This document shows positions 1 to 12,840 of a stretch of 64,000 nt of DNA, piece by piece. Position numbers and translations under genes: made by a program. The stretch's first letter is position 1, and each line of letters starts with the position of its first letter. This DNA comes from Mobula hypostoma (lineage: Eukaryota). The notes beneath the pieces were generated by a model, which worked only from the letters and a program-made list of their open reading frames with translations, was not told the origin of the DNA and did no database searches. The stretch is from NCBI RefSeq assembly GCF_963921235.1, contig NC_086108.1, positions 73,596,001 to 73,660,000 on the forward strand, read 5' to 3'.

Positions 1-1775
1 TGTTTCATGAAAAACTCAAGGTGGTGCTCCGATGTGGTGGATCTGTCGAGCTTGTATTCCCCCGACCTTGAACACCTAATGATCAAATGCTACCTGAACT
101 ATTTACCTAGGAAGTTCTTCTCCATAATTCTGACCACAGTTTACATACCATCAGTGGCTGACTATAATCAAGCACTTGAGATACTGTACAATGCCGTCTC
201 TAAACAAGAAATTGTCCATCCCGATGCTTTTCAAATAATAGTCAGGGACTTTAACCAGGCTTTGAAGAAAAACCTGCCCAATTACCATCAGCATGTAACT
301 TGCAGCACCAGAGGCACCAATACACTAGACCACTGTTACACCAGATAAGGAATGCCTACTATTCCATGCCCAGACCGCATTTGAGCTAGTGGGATCACTT
401 GGCTGACCTTCTCCTATCTGTATATATCCAGAGGCTAAAGAGCAAAGCTCCACAGATTAGGGCAACAAAGAGGTGGTCATGGGAGGCAGGGGAGTGGCTG
501 AGGGATTGCCTCGAGTCAGTGGACTCCGCCGTGTTCAATGACACACCTGTGGATCTGAGTAAATGCACCGTGGTCGTCATGGACTTTATTAAAAGTCATA
601 GACAAGTTTGTCCTCACAAAATCATCCAGTGTCTTCCCCAATCAGAAGCCCTGGATGAACTATAAGATCCACAATCTGCTAAGAACTTGATCAGAGGCAT
701 TCAAGTCTCGTGACCAAGAAACCAAGAAAGTTACAAGAGGTCCAGGTACAATCTCTGGAGAACTATCTCATGGGTGAAGTGACAATTCCAGACAAAACTT
801 GAATCAACAAAGGATGCTCAATAGATGTGACTGGACTTGAATACTATTACCTCTTATAAAGTTAAATCAATTAACGTAGGTGACAACAGGGCTTCACTTC
901 CAGATGAGCTCAATGCCTTCTATGCTCACTTTGACAATCAGAACATGTAAGAGCCATCACAAACTCTCATAGTCCTCACTGATCCTGGGATTTCAGTCTC
1001 TGAAGCTGATGTGCAAGCATCCAGCCCAGACAAGAGCTGTATAACTCATCTCCTTCTACCTAAGGCCACGAACTTATTAATCATCCCTGCTGTGGACCAC
1101 CTGGAGGTCCAAGACACTCTCGTTACATGCGTGTGCAGTTCAACTTTTTGAGTGATAATACAGAAAGTTGGAAGTTAATAACTCATCTCCTTCTACCTTA
1201 GGCCATGAACTTATCAATCACCCCTGGTGTGGACCACTTCTACAAAGAAGGGATCCGCATGCTCCATGACTGCTGGACTAAGTGTGCACATGTAGGAGGG
1301 GACTATGTTGAAAAATAAATGTGCTAGTTTTTCTAAAATTGACTCCTTCTACCTTAGGCCACAAACCTATCAATCACCCCTCATACTAAAGACCTGTGCT
1401 GATCAACTGCCTGGAGTGTTCACTGAAGCCACTTTGGCATCCCGAGGTACCCACCTTCTTCAAGCAGGCTTCAACTATACCAGTGCCCAAGAAGAGAGTG
1501 GTGAGCTGCTGCAATGGCTATCACCCAACAACACTTACGTCCACAGGGATAAAATGTTTTGAGACGATGGTGATGAAATACATCAATTCCTGCCTGAGAA
1601 ATGACTTGGATCCATTCCAGTTTGTCTACCTGAGCAACAGGCCCACAGCAGATGCCATCTCACAGGCTCCTCACTCAACCCTGGAACATGCGGACAGCAA
1701 AGATGCATACATCAGGACGTTGTTTCTCAGCATTCAATTCCATCATCCCCTCAAAACTAATCAATCAGCTCCAAG
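1..1775 (+). mobile_element. Degenerate Rex1/Babar-type LINE (AP endonuclease to start of RT), interrupted by a mariner remnant
   Basis: ORF pieces YLPRKFFSIILTTVYIP / DFNQA / TCSTRGTNTLDHCYT (endonuclease) and IPVPKK...LDPFQF.Y..NRPTADAI (RT start); many stops and frameshifts. Confidence 0.8.
1031..1383 (+). mobile_element. Mariner-derived non-autonomous fragment with three tandem TIR-like copies
   Basis: About 1274-1318 encodes WTKCAHVGGDYVEK*, a mariner transposase C-terminus. The motif CCTTCTACCTTAGGCCAcGAACTTATCAATCACCCCT recurs at about 1052, 1189 and 1345 and ends in TA. Left boundary approximate. Confidence 0.7.
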
Positions 1776-1779
1776 GAAA

Positions 1780-2540
1780 AATACAAATTCAAAGTCCAAA
1801 GTAAATTTATCATCAAGGCACATACATGTCATCATATACAACCCAGTGATTCATTTACTTGCAGGCATACTCAATAAATCCATAATAATAACCATAATAG
1901 AATCAGTGAAAAACCGCACCAACTTGGGTGTTCACCAGTATGCAAAAGACAACACACTGTGCAAATACAAACAGAAAAAAATAGATAAATAAGCAATAAA
2001 GATCAAGAAAATGAGATGACGAGTCCTTGAAAGTGAGTCCATAGGTTGTGGGAACATTTCAATGATAGGGCAAGTGAAGTTGAGTTAAGTTACCCCCTTT
2101 GGTTCAAAAGCCTGAGTTTTGAGGAGTAATAACTGCTCCTGAACCTGGTGGCACAAGTCCCAAGGCCCCTGTACCTTCTTCCTGATGGCAGCAGCGAGAA
2201 GAGAGCATGTCCTGGGCGATGGGGGTCCCTGATGATGGATGCAACACACACAAAATGCTGGAGGATCTCAGCAGGCCAAGCAACATCAATGGGAAAAAGT
2301 ACAGTCAACGTTTCAGGCCAAAACCCTTTGGCAGGACATGATGATGGATGCTGCTTCCCTGCGACAACACTTCGTGCAGAGTAGGGTGAGCTTTGCCCAT
2401 GATGGACTGAACTGTATCCATTAATTTTTGTAGGATTTTCCATTCAAGGGCATTGGTTTTTCCATATTAGTCTGTGAAGCAGCCAATCAATATACTCTCC
2501 ACCATACAGCCATAGAAGTTAGACAAAGTTTTAGATGTCA
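1780..2540 (-). mobile_element. Rex1-type LINE 3' fragment
   Basis: Minus ORF with IIRDPHRPGHALFSLLPSGRRYR...RFRSSYY, the typical Rex1/Babar ORF2 C-terminus. It contains a short Penelope-type repeat at about 2240-2335. Confidence 0.7.
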
Positions 2541-2794
2541 TGATGAATCTTCGCAAGCTTTGAAAAATCTGGAGCTGGAGTGCCCAAGGCAGTCCTATGT
2601 TGAGTTCAATGCTGACTTGCAACTCTTGAGGTGCCACTGGTGCCAAATTGTATCCACCTTTGCTGTTCCTTTTGGATTCATCAGCTGCATGAAGAGGGAG
2701 ACCCTACTGTATGGGCAACAGCTTATTCTGCATATTCTACTGCCTTGGCTTAGACACAATATCCATAGTCAACCTCAACAATGGAGGGGCCAGA

Positions 2795-3170
2795 AACTCT
2801 AGAGAAGCAGGGTCTATTCTTCCTGGAGTGGAAAAGATTAAGAGGGGACATTGTTGAGGTATATAAAATAATGAGGGGTATAGATAGGATAGACTGCAGA
2901 AAACCATTCCATAAATCAGAGATAGATAAAACCAGTGGTCATAGATTTAAGGTACAGGGGAAGATATTTGGAGAGATAATAAGGGAAAACTTCTTCAGCT
3001 GGAGAGAGGCAAGCATCTGGAATCACTGCATTGTTGACAATTGTCTAGATGAGCGCTTGAATCACTAAAGCATAGAAGGCTCAGGAGCAAGTGCAGGAAG
3101 ATAGAACTAATATCAAAGGTCAGAGTGGATAATTTGGGCCGTATGCTGTACAATTCTATGACTTCTAATG
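2795..3170 (+). mobile_element. CR1-type LINE 3' fragment
   Basis: LEKQGLFFLEWKRLRGDIVEVYKIMRGIDRID...GHRFKV matches the CR1 ORF2 C-terminus. Confidence 0.75.
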
Positions 3171-4239
3171 CAAGTCTCCCCTCCTTGGACAAACGTCTCT
3201 CCACCCTGGAATTAATCTAGTGAATCTTCAGTATATTTCATCAATGCAAATAGATTCATCCTCGGGCTGGGATATCAAATTTACATGCAGTATTCCAAAT
3301 GAGTCACAATGGTTTTGCTATTAGAAATTTCTATTTCTGCTCTCAAGCCTTCCTTAAATATAAACTAACAAACCCTTTATATGCTGTACCTGCATATTAA
3401 TCCAGTGACGTATGTTCAACACCTAGGTTCCTCCAAAAACAACTTTTCAATAGCTCAATATTTAATAAATACTCTGCTTTTTCCTGTCACCAAAGACAAT
3501 ACATATCACGTTATTACACATTGTAAGATATGAACTATGTCCTCATCCATTCAATTAACCTACCTACATCCTTAAGAAACCCTTCTTTATTCCAAACACC
3601 TTGCACCCTGACACCCAGCTTTGTATCATATTACACATGGTATCGTCATCAGAATCACTAATGTACATTGTGAATGGTTAAGGACTCAGCACTAATCAAC
3701 AACTTCCCAAAACAAAAATGCCCCATTTATTCCTACTGTTTGTTGCCTGCCCATTTGCCAGACTTCAGTTCACACCAGCATATAAACCTGAATTTTGTTT
3801 AATAACCTCTCTGTAGCATGTTTTTGAAGGTTTTATTTACTGCAAGTTGACATGCAACACGTACTCTTGTTCCTTCTTATTTATATTGCAAGTTACACAT
3901 TTAAAATGTCTAACAGCTTTATCAAACATGATTTCCATCTATAAATCCACAAGTACTTCCCCAATTTTAATATTATCTCCAAAGTGCCCTATTACTATTT
4001 CCTTATGATGCCATTTTTGCTACAACTGATTCCAAGTCCAATTGATCTATGTTTCAGTTTCTCATAGCTGCCTTTCTTTAACACAGTGTCTGCATTTACC
4101 ACACTCAAATGTGTGTTATAGAAACCATGAAGTTTTGAAAGATGACAACCATTGCCTTCAGTATTTTCATCCTCCTATTTCCAGTTACATCAACAGTGTT
4201 ATCAAGCATCACATACCTCCTCATTAACCTGCTCACCAA

Positions 4240-7000
4240 AGCACAGGTTGGGTTTTGTCAGGATCTCCAGAACTTATTATTAACTTGGTCCCATCATAGA
4301 CCTGAAGAAAACTAAGAACACAACCACAGGAGCTGCAGCATATGGAGAGATCAGCAAGAAGATCAGGAAAGAACATGGTCAAGGAAGAATGGATTAAGAA
4401 ACAATGTACAGAGAAGGAAGACAGCCTGAACAAGAACATTAAACAAGCATTTCAAGTTGCAAAGGTCCTCAGTATGTGACGAAAGAAGGTTACAAAAGTA
4501 CACATAGACTAAGATGTTAACTGTCCTGTGCTAGCACCAGTGGGATCAACAGTTGATCTGCCACCTGTCTTCAGGAGAGAGAGATAAGTAAGACAATGGA
4601 CCAGCATTTGGAAATGTTAATGAAGAGATGAGAGAGTTTAACGGAAGGAGACACCGGTCTGAGTATTGTCAAGACCGGCTCATTTTGAAACCTGAACTGT
4701 TTGAAGTGTGATAGACAGGTGATACCCCAGCAGGGGGATAAAAAGGGGCAGGTTTGCTAAGACACCACACACGATACCACGAGGTAACGAGACCCTGGAA
4801 GCGGTGCGCCCCCACAAGTCGGTGGGAGTTTTGGAGGTCTGGTTGCGGGACAAGCCATAGACGCACAGGGTGGAAAGGCACGATCGGCGGGAACCTGGTG
4901 TGTGTCCGCCCTTGCCTGGGTGCCGGGTTCACCGCTGAAGAACGATCATGTCTGGAAACGGAGGGGTCACAGTCGGTGACCTCAGAAGACATTACAAAGG
5001 GCTCGCCCGAAAGCTAACTGCGAGGAATATCAAAGGTCTGTTGAATCCGATTTGAATATCAGCATTCGCTCTCTCTCTCTCCAACGGCACGATGGCGATT
5101 ACTGCGAACTGAACTAAACTGAACTCTGTCACTTGTGATTGAACATTTTACCCCTAGACTGCGATAGAGCTGATTGACCCTATTATCCTAGTTCTGTGTA
5201 CATGTGTGTTTATTCATTGCTAACCTGTTGCATTTATATCCTTACTATTAGAGTACTGTGTTGCTTATTTCTTTAATAAAACTTTCTTAGTTCCAGTAAT
5301 CCAGACTCCAACTGAGTGGTCCATTTCTGCTGGTTTGGCAACCCAGTTACGGGGTACGTAACAGTAAACAGAGACGGTCACGAGTGAGCACCATCCAAGA
5401 CAACGAAGGAATCTGTCTCACAGAAGATGAAGACATTCTCAACTGATGGACTGAGTATTGTTCAGACATTTACAACCATCAGACCCACGGAGACCCCAGC
5501 GTACTCATAAGCCAGGACTCATGAATCGACTTTCTAATTCTGCAGGAAGCAGTAGAAGCAGCCATAAGATCACTGAAGAATGGGAAAGCTGCAGGAATAC
5601 ACAACATCCCAGTTGAGCTGACAAAACATGGAGGAGAGACAGTGACAGACATCCTCACCAATATCTGCAATAAATCTGGCAGACTGCGAAATGGCCAACA
5701 CCCTGGACAAGGTCACTCATCCCAAGAAAGGCAATTTACAGCAGTGCCAGAATTATAGACCCATAAGTCTTATCAGCCATGCAAGCAAAGTGATGTTGAA
5801 AGTCATCTTGAACAAACTGAAACCACAGGCAGAAGAAATAATCGCTGAAGAGCAGACTTGATTCAGAAGAGGAAGAAGTACAACTACACAGATATTCAAC
5901 CTCCAAGAACTGAGCAAGGAATACAACGAACGTCAACAGGACATCTTTCACGTGTTCATTGACTTTAAGGAGGTATTCAATAGGGTGTGGCACGATGCAC
6001 TCTGGGCCACAATGAAGAGATACAACTTAAGCCAGATGCTGATCCAAACCATCAAACAGCTCTACACCAAAGCTAGCAGTGCGATATTTGATCAAGGCAC
6101 AGTTGGGGAGTGGTTCCATAGAACAGTTAGAGTCCAAAAAGGCTGCCTCCTTTTACCCACACTGTTGAACATTTTCCTGAAGCAAATAAGAACTAGGAAG
6201 ACCATATCAGCACAGTCAGCATCAGAGGACAGATCATAACCAACATCAGGTTCACCAATGACATTGACTGGTTGGCAGGAAGTGAGGGTGAATTGGTCTA
6301 CCTTGTGGACCATCTGGACGATACATCTACCAGATATGGCATGAAGATCAGCACAGAGCAAACCAAGCTGATGAGAAACAGCGAGGAGCCAATCACAACA
6401 AAAATCACAGTCAATAGACAAAAACTAGAGACTGCCAAATGGTTCAAGTATCTTGGTGTCATCATCAACAAAGAAGGATCAAAGCCTGAAGTCCTTGCAA
6501 GGAGAGTCCAAACAACTGCAACACTGGCTAAACTAAAACCAACCTGGAGAGACAATACCATCACTCTCAGATCCAAGTTGAAACTCCTGCATGCACATGT
6601 GCTCTCCATCTTCTTGTATGCAGGCGACTCATGGACTTCGACAGCAGAACTGCAAAAGAAGATGCAGGCGGTAGAAATAAGATGCTGCAGAAGGCTCCTC
6701 GGCACCTCCAGCACAGACCATGTCTCAAACAATGAAGTACAAAGAACCATCACCCAGCATAGGAGACACTACGAAGATCTACTGTCCACAGTAAAGAAGA
6801 GGAAACTGAGTTGGTACGGCCACAAGACCAAGCGGACTCTCAAAGATCATTCTTCAGGGAACTGTGCAGGGGAAAAGAAAAAGGGACAGACAGAGGAAGA
6901 AATGGACAGACAACATTGCAGAGTGGACCAGAGAGAGCTTTGCCACAACCCAGGCACATGCCCAGAACCGTGAGAGACGAAGGCTATCGGTGTAGCGCTA
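4240..7000 (+). mobile_element. Degenerate 5'-truncated RTE-clade LINE interrupted by a solo LTR
   Basis: RT motifs YRPISLISHASKVMLK, FIDFKEVFNRVWHDAL, KGCLLLPTLLN and FKYLG. The frame KVLS|KQRRSRVSTIQD rejoins across the solo LTR. Ends approximate. Confidence 0.85.
4475..5363 (+). mobile_element. Solo LTR related to the Gypsy LTRs at 54496-59642
   Basis: Begins TGTGACG and ends CGTAACA. The last ~90 nt are almost identical to the LTR ends at 55450 and 59642. Flanked by (A)GTA duplication. Confidence 0.9.
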
Positions 7001-7506
7001 ATCTGTACAGAGCCCCGATGACCCAGGTGGGATGCTGGATCCATAGTCATGACCATCGTAGACCAGAGAGCTGAATTCCAGAGGTGAGGTGAAAGAGAGT
7101 GCTCTGGACATTAAGGTGACATTCCATCATGAGCAGTATCAAGGAAACCTGTGAGACAAGTCTATGGTCACCACACGTGATGGATATTCACCTTCCAGAG
7201 CTCAAAAGGCTTATTGCTAACCATAGCTTTCTACTACAGCAGCATGATCTTTCCAAAGGGTCAGAGTTGTTTGCGACAAAGTTAAACTGCTAACCACTAT
7301 TCCTTGCTCGCCTTCTTTTTGTAAAAAAGGACAGGTTTTCAGTTCTTAATTTAAATTGAAAGCAGTAATCTGTTTGAAGTTAAAAGGACACCCGGTTAGC
7401 TGCTAAGGCATGTGGTTTGCAAAGTGAAGTGACCATGAGAATTCTTGTCTGCATGAGCCAAATACAAGACAATGGGACAATATTAAGTGGCCCACATTAA
7501 ACTAGG

Positions 7507-7698
7507 TCCCACTTGGCGGCGCAATAATATCAGCGCCGGACTCCAGAGCGAAGGTTCCCAAGTTCGAATCCAAGTCAGGTTGAGCGTCGAGCTAGCAAAT
7601 CAGCCTCATAAAAACAGGAACAGCTTGCTACAGTAACACCATCATGACAGTGCCCCAATAACTCCACTGCCGAGTTAAGTAGTCTTCTTCTTCTTCTT
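7507..7698 (+). mobile_element. tRNA-derived SINE with (CTT)n tail
   Basis: B box GTTCGAATCC at about 7562; (CTT)5 tail; TSD CACATTAAACTAGG (7493-7506) / CACATTAAACCAGG (7699-7712). Confidence 0.75.
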
Positions 7699-7844
7699 CA
7701 CATTAAACCAGGCAACTACAACAAAGTTATTTACACCATTGTCCTCAGAAGCTTTTAGACCAACTGTGTAAATTACTTTGTCCAGCAAAGATATCTGAAA
7801 ACATCACATGCAGATCATGTCATCTAGTAGCAAAATAATGTTTG

Positions 7845-8135
7845 TTTGTTTATTTATTTATTGAGATACAACATGGGACAGGTCCTTCTGGCCCTTCGAG
7901 CCACATCACCCAGCGATCCCCCAATTTAACCCAAGCCTAATCACAGGACAATTTACAATGACCAATTAACCTCCCAACCGGTACATCTTTGGACCGGGGG
8001 AGGAAACCGGAGCACCCTGAGGAAACCCACACAGTCACAAGGAGAACGTACAAATTCCTTATAGATAGCAGAGGCCACTGAACCCAGGTCACTGGTACTG
8101 TAAAGTGTTGTGCTAACATCTGTGTTATCGTGCCG
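7845..8135 (-). mobile_element. HE1/V-SINE-like tRNA-derived SINE
   Basis: Minus strand has the V-SINE core GTGGGTTTCCTCAGGGTGCTCCGGTTTCCTCCC, a CR1-like tail and an (AAAT/AAAC)n end. Confidence 0.75.
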
Positions 8136-8952
8136 TAAAATATAAGGAAGCATTAGGGATTGACAGTACCCTCTCAAGAGTACCACTGATGCCAAGCCAT
8201 CAAAAAATATATTTTTTTTAAAGAAGTCAAGGCTCACATCTGAATTTTTATAGTCTCTTCCCTAATGTGGGTGTGAAATTGTGGCCATTTAACTATTTCT
8301 CTTAACTGAACTAAACATAAAAAGATTTTTCAAAGGCTGCCTTCTGTAAGCAAATACTTCTGAGGAGAAACAAGATTGACCAGTTTGAAATCTTACAATA
8401 GTAGTGACCCCATACAAATTATAGTAAGGCTCTACTTAAGTCTATCAATCAGCCACAAAGTTCAAGGCAAAATTGGAAAGTCAGCTGTGACAATACTCAT
8501 GTTGTACAGTATTCCATCCAGGACAGCACAATTCCCTCGACAGACACTTGTGCCACAGTATCTGTGCAGTACACTATATATACAGTGCACCAGAACAGTT
8601 TTCCTCATTTCAAAGCTTCCTCTCAAACTTGTGATCAAGAATGGAATACCATCATCACTCCCCTCCAAATATCAAAACCTTCTGGCTTGTTCCTTCGCAT
8701 CCAATGATCAAATTCCTCCTCAGAACATCCTTATCCCAAGAATGACAGCAATCTGAGAAGATCTGAATCAATCTTTCGTTATTTTACAGCTGAAACACTT
8801 GACCGCCCTCTATGAAAAAAATTATTACAGAGATTGAAATTGTCTTAATGAGTTTTAAAAACTAGTTTGTCTGATATATTCTCCTATTTTCTCTGCACAC
8901 CAATAACTTCGTCACAAGTAAACCATCAAGTAAACCAACTGAATCCATGGGA

Positions 8953-11695
8953 CACACACAAAATGCTGGTGGAACACAGCAGGGAGGCAGCATCTATAGG
9001 AAGAGGTACAGGCAATGTTTCCGTCAGGACTAACTGAATGGAGAGACAGTAAGAGATTTGAAAGTGGTGGGGGGCGGGGGGAGATCCAAAATGATAAGAG
9101 AAGACAGGAGGCGGAGGGATGGAGTCAAGAGCTGGAAAGTTGATTGACAAAAGGGATACAAGACTGGAGAAGGGAGAGGATCATGGGACGGGAAGCCTAG
9201 GGAGAGAGAAGGGGGGAGGGAAGCGCCAGAGGATGGAGAGCAGGAAAGGAGTTATAGTGAGAAGGACAGAGAGAGAAAAAAGAGAGAGAGGAAAGGGGGG
9301 GGGGGGGGAAGATAAATAAATAAATAAATAAATAGGGGATGGCGTAAGAAGGGGAGGAGGGGCATTAACAGAAGTTAGAGAAGTGAATGTTCATGTCATC
9401 AGGTTGGAGGCTACCCAGACAGAATATAAGGTGTTGTTCCTCCAACCTGAGTTTGGCTTCATCTTGACAGTAGAGGAGGCCAAGGATAAACATATCAGAA
9501 TGGGAATGGGACGTGAAATTAAAATGTGTGGCCACTGGGAGATCCTGCTTTCTCTGGCCGACAGAGCGTAGGTGTTCAGCGAAACGGTCTCTCAGCCTGC
9601 GTCGGGTCGCGCCAATATATAGAAGGCCACACCGGGAGCACCGGACGCAGTATATCACACCAGCCGACTCACAGGTGAAGTGTCGCCTCACCTGGAAGGA
9701 CTGTCTGGGGCCCTGAATGGTGGTCAGGGAGGAAGTGTAAGGGCATGTGTAGCACTTGTTCCGCTTACAAGGATAAGTGCCAGGAGGGAGATCGATAGGA
9801 AGGGATGGAGGGGACGAATGGACAAGGGAGTCGCATAGGGAGCGATTCCTGCGGAAGGCAGAAAGAAGTGGGGAGGGAAAGATGTGCTTAGTAGTGAGAT
9901 CCCATTGGAGGTGGCGGAAGTTACAGAGAATTATATGTTGGACCCAGAGGCTGGTGGGGTGGTAGGTGAGGACAAGGGGAACCCTATTCCTAGTGGGGTG
10001 GCAGGAGGATGTGGTGAGAGCAGATGTGCGTGAAATGGGAGAGGTGCATTTGAGAGCAGAGTTAATGGTGGAGGAAGGGAAGCCCCTTTCTTTAAAAAAG
10101 GAAAACATCTCCTTTGTCCTGGAATGAAAAGCCTCATCCTGAGAGCAGATGTGGCGGAGACAGAGGAATTGCGAGAAGGGGATGGCATTTTTGCAAGAGA
10201 CAGGGTGAGAAGAGGAATAGTCCAGATAGCTGTGAGAGTCTGTAGGCTTATAGTAGACATCAGTAGATAAGCTTTCTCCAGAGATAGAGACAGAAAGATC
10301 AAGAAAGGGGAGGGAGGTGTCAGAAATGGACCAGGTAAACTTGAGGGCAGGGTGAAAATTGGAGGCAAAGTTAATGAAGTCAACGAGCTCAGCATGCATG
10401 CAGAAAGCAGCGCCAATACAGTCATCGATGTAGCGAAGGAAAATTGGGAGACGGATATCTCCCACTCCCCCTCCAGCTTTCAAATCCCTTACTCACTCTT
10501 CCTTCAGTTAGTCCTGACGAAGGGTCTCGGCCTGAAACGTCGACTGCGCCTCTTCCTATAGATGCTGCTTGGCCTGCTGCATTCACCAGCAACTTTGATG
10601 TATGTTGCTTGACGGATATCAGTATAGGCTTGGAACATAGATTGTTCCACAAAGCCAACAAAAAGGCAGGCATAGCTGGGACGCATATGGGTGCCCATGG
10701 CTACACCTTTAGTTTGGTGTTTAGTCCGGTGCTCCCGGTGCAGCCTTCTATATAATGACGAGACCCGACGCAGGCTGGGAGACTGTTTCACTGAACACCT
10801 ACGCTCTGTCCGCCAGATAAAGCAGGATCTCCCAGTGGGCACACATTTTAATTCCACGTCCCATTCCCATTCTGACATATCTATCCACGGCCTCCTCTAC
10901 TGTAAAGATGAAGACACACTCAGGTTGAAGGAACAACACCTTATATTCCGTCTGGGTAGCCTCCAACCTGATGGCATGAACATTGACTTCTCAAACTTCC
11001 GTTAATGCCCCTCCTCCCCTTCTTACCCCATCCCTTATTTATTTATTTATTTATTTATTTATTCCTTTTTTTTCTCTCTCTCTTTTTTCTCCCTCTGTCC
11101 CTCTCACTATAACTCCTTCAACACACATCAAAGTTGCTGGTGAATGCAGTAGGCCAGGCAGCATCTCTAGGAAGAGGTACAGTCGACATTTCAGGCCGAG
11201 ACCCTTCGTCAGAACTCAGCCTGAAACGTCGACTATACCTCTTCCTAGAGATGCTGCCTGGCCTGCTGCGATCACCAGCACCTTTGATGTGTGTTGCTTG
11301 AATTTCCAGCATCTGCAGAATTCCTGTTGTTTGCACTGTAACTCCATGCCTGCTCTCCTTCTTCTTCTGGGTTCCCCTCTCCCTTTCTCTCTCCCTAGGC
11401 CTCCCGTTCCATGATCCTCTCCCTTCTCCAGCCTTGTATCCCTTTTGCCAATCAACTTTCCAGCTCTTGGCTCCATCCCTCCCCCTCCCGTCTTCTCTTA
11501 TCATTTTGGATCTCCCCCTCCCCCTCCCACTTTCAAATCTCTTACTATCACTTCTTTCAGTTAGTTCTGACAAAGGGTCTCGGCCCAAAACGTCGCCTTT
11601 ACCTCTTCCTATAGATGCTGCCTGGCCAGCTGCGTTCCACCAGCATTTTGTGTGTGTTGCCTGAATTTCCAGCATCTGCAGATTTCCTCGTGTTT
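8953..11695 (-). mobile_element. Penelope-like element (RT plus GIY-YIG endonuclease), 5'-truncated, with inverted pseudo-LTR segments
   Basis: ORF 9365-10483 has RYIDD, LPFLD, VYYKPTDSH and GIY-YIG VIYCVRCSRCGLLYIGATRRRL; GVAMGT at about 10700; inverted copy of the 3' part at 10715-11695; TSD GAATCCATGGGA (8941-8952) / GAGTCCATGGGA (11696-11707). Confidence 0.9.
10510..10545 (+). ncRNA. Minimal type I hammerhead ribozyme motif in Penelope pseudo-LTR
   Basis: AGTC-CTGACGA-AGGGTCTCGGCCT-GAAA-CGTC-GACT: CUGANGA and GAAA core, stem I AGTC/GACT, GUC cleavage triplet. Confidence 0.8.
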
Positions 11696-12049
11696 GAGTC
11701 CATGGGAGCAGGTTCTCCTAGAGTGAGGACCCATGTCCTCTGCTTGACCTTGCAAATGATATGCAGAAATTTACTTGGGAAGTTGGACGTAGGTCAGGAA
11801 TCTACCATCATAAGTCATTAATCTCTGCTTTGACTCTTTATGTTACTGTCATCGTGAAATTTAAAAAGCTGGCTTTTTATTTTAATACCCAGCTTATTAG
11901 GAACAACAAGCTTCTCACACTGCCTCACTTTACAGGCCTTTCCTCCCGTGCGGTCATAATTTGTGAATACTCCCTTTTCTAACTAACTGCTCAGCTGAGG
12001 CTATTTTTACTCTGGATTTTTGCAGTTGACATCACTGTCACTGGACTAA

Positions 12050-12840
12050 TCACCAGCGGTGGTGAACACAAGTACCACCAGAAGGTAAACAAGATAGTGT
12101 CCTGATGCATCATAACAACTTGGAGCCAAATGCAGTAAGGTTCCTCGACATCATTACATCACAGGATTTCATGTGGGAGAACCATCTCCCCTTCATTAAC
12201 AAAACAGCTCAGCAGGGAATGTACATCGTTCCGTAGTTGGTAAAATTCCATCTTCCCCAGGATATACTGGTACAATTCTACACTGCCTTCACAGAGAGCA
12301 TCCTCACATCAGCCATTGTTGTCTGGTATGGTGCAGCATCCTCCCACAATGTACAAAATCTGTAGTGGCAGGTCTGCAGTCTACCATCACTGTGTGCTTC
12401 CAGTTCAAGGAAGTGGGCAGGAAAGGTCATTGTGAACATTCTGACCCTGCAACTGCCTTTCCCAAAAGCTCTCTTCTGGAAAACTCTACAGGGCTATTAA
12501 AACAAAAACTTCACACCATCTTAAAAGTTTCTTCCCCAAGCAGTTAGTCTGATCAGCCATTCTAGTTACCCCCACCTCCCTCTATCTATTACCCCTGTAA
12601 CTGCATTGTACTGTACACTACTTGTTCTAATGCTGTTTACATTGCAGATACATGCTGGTGATTGTGTATTATTGGACAGTTTATTCCATATCCGTACTTT
12701 AACCTCTAACTTTATTTTAATATAATTCCTTATACTTTGTAATTGTTTAATGCTGTATTTTTGTTGCATGGCATGCTCTGACCAACCATCAAATTCCTAA
12801 CACATGGAAATATATATGGTGAATAAAGCTGATCCTTGAT
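12050..12840 (+). mobile_element. Old Rex1-type LINE 3' remnant
   Basis: Decayed frame resembling QDILVQFYTAFTESILTSAIVVWYGAA, ending in AATAAA plus a CTTGA-type tail. Confidence 0.6.

Noticed and set aside
1040..1383. Spaced direct repeats resembling a CRISPR array
   Set aside because: Eukaryotic context, long irregular spacers, no cas genes; the repeats are mariner termini.
7507..7575. tRNA gene
   Set aside because: Has a B box but no full cloverleaf, and continues into a SINE body with tail and TSD.
9365..10483. RT plus GIY-YIG ORF as a telomerase-like or novel RT-nuclease system
   Set aside because: This is the standard Penelope-like element architecture, truncated and present twice.
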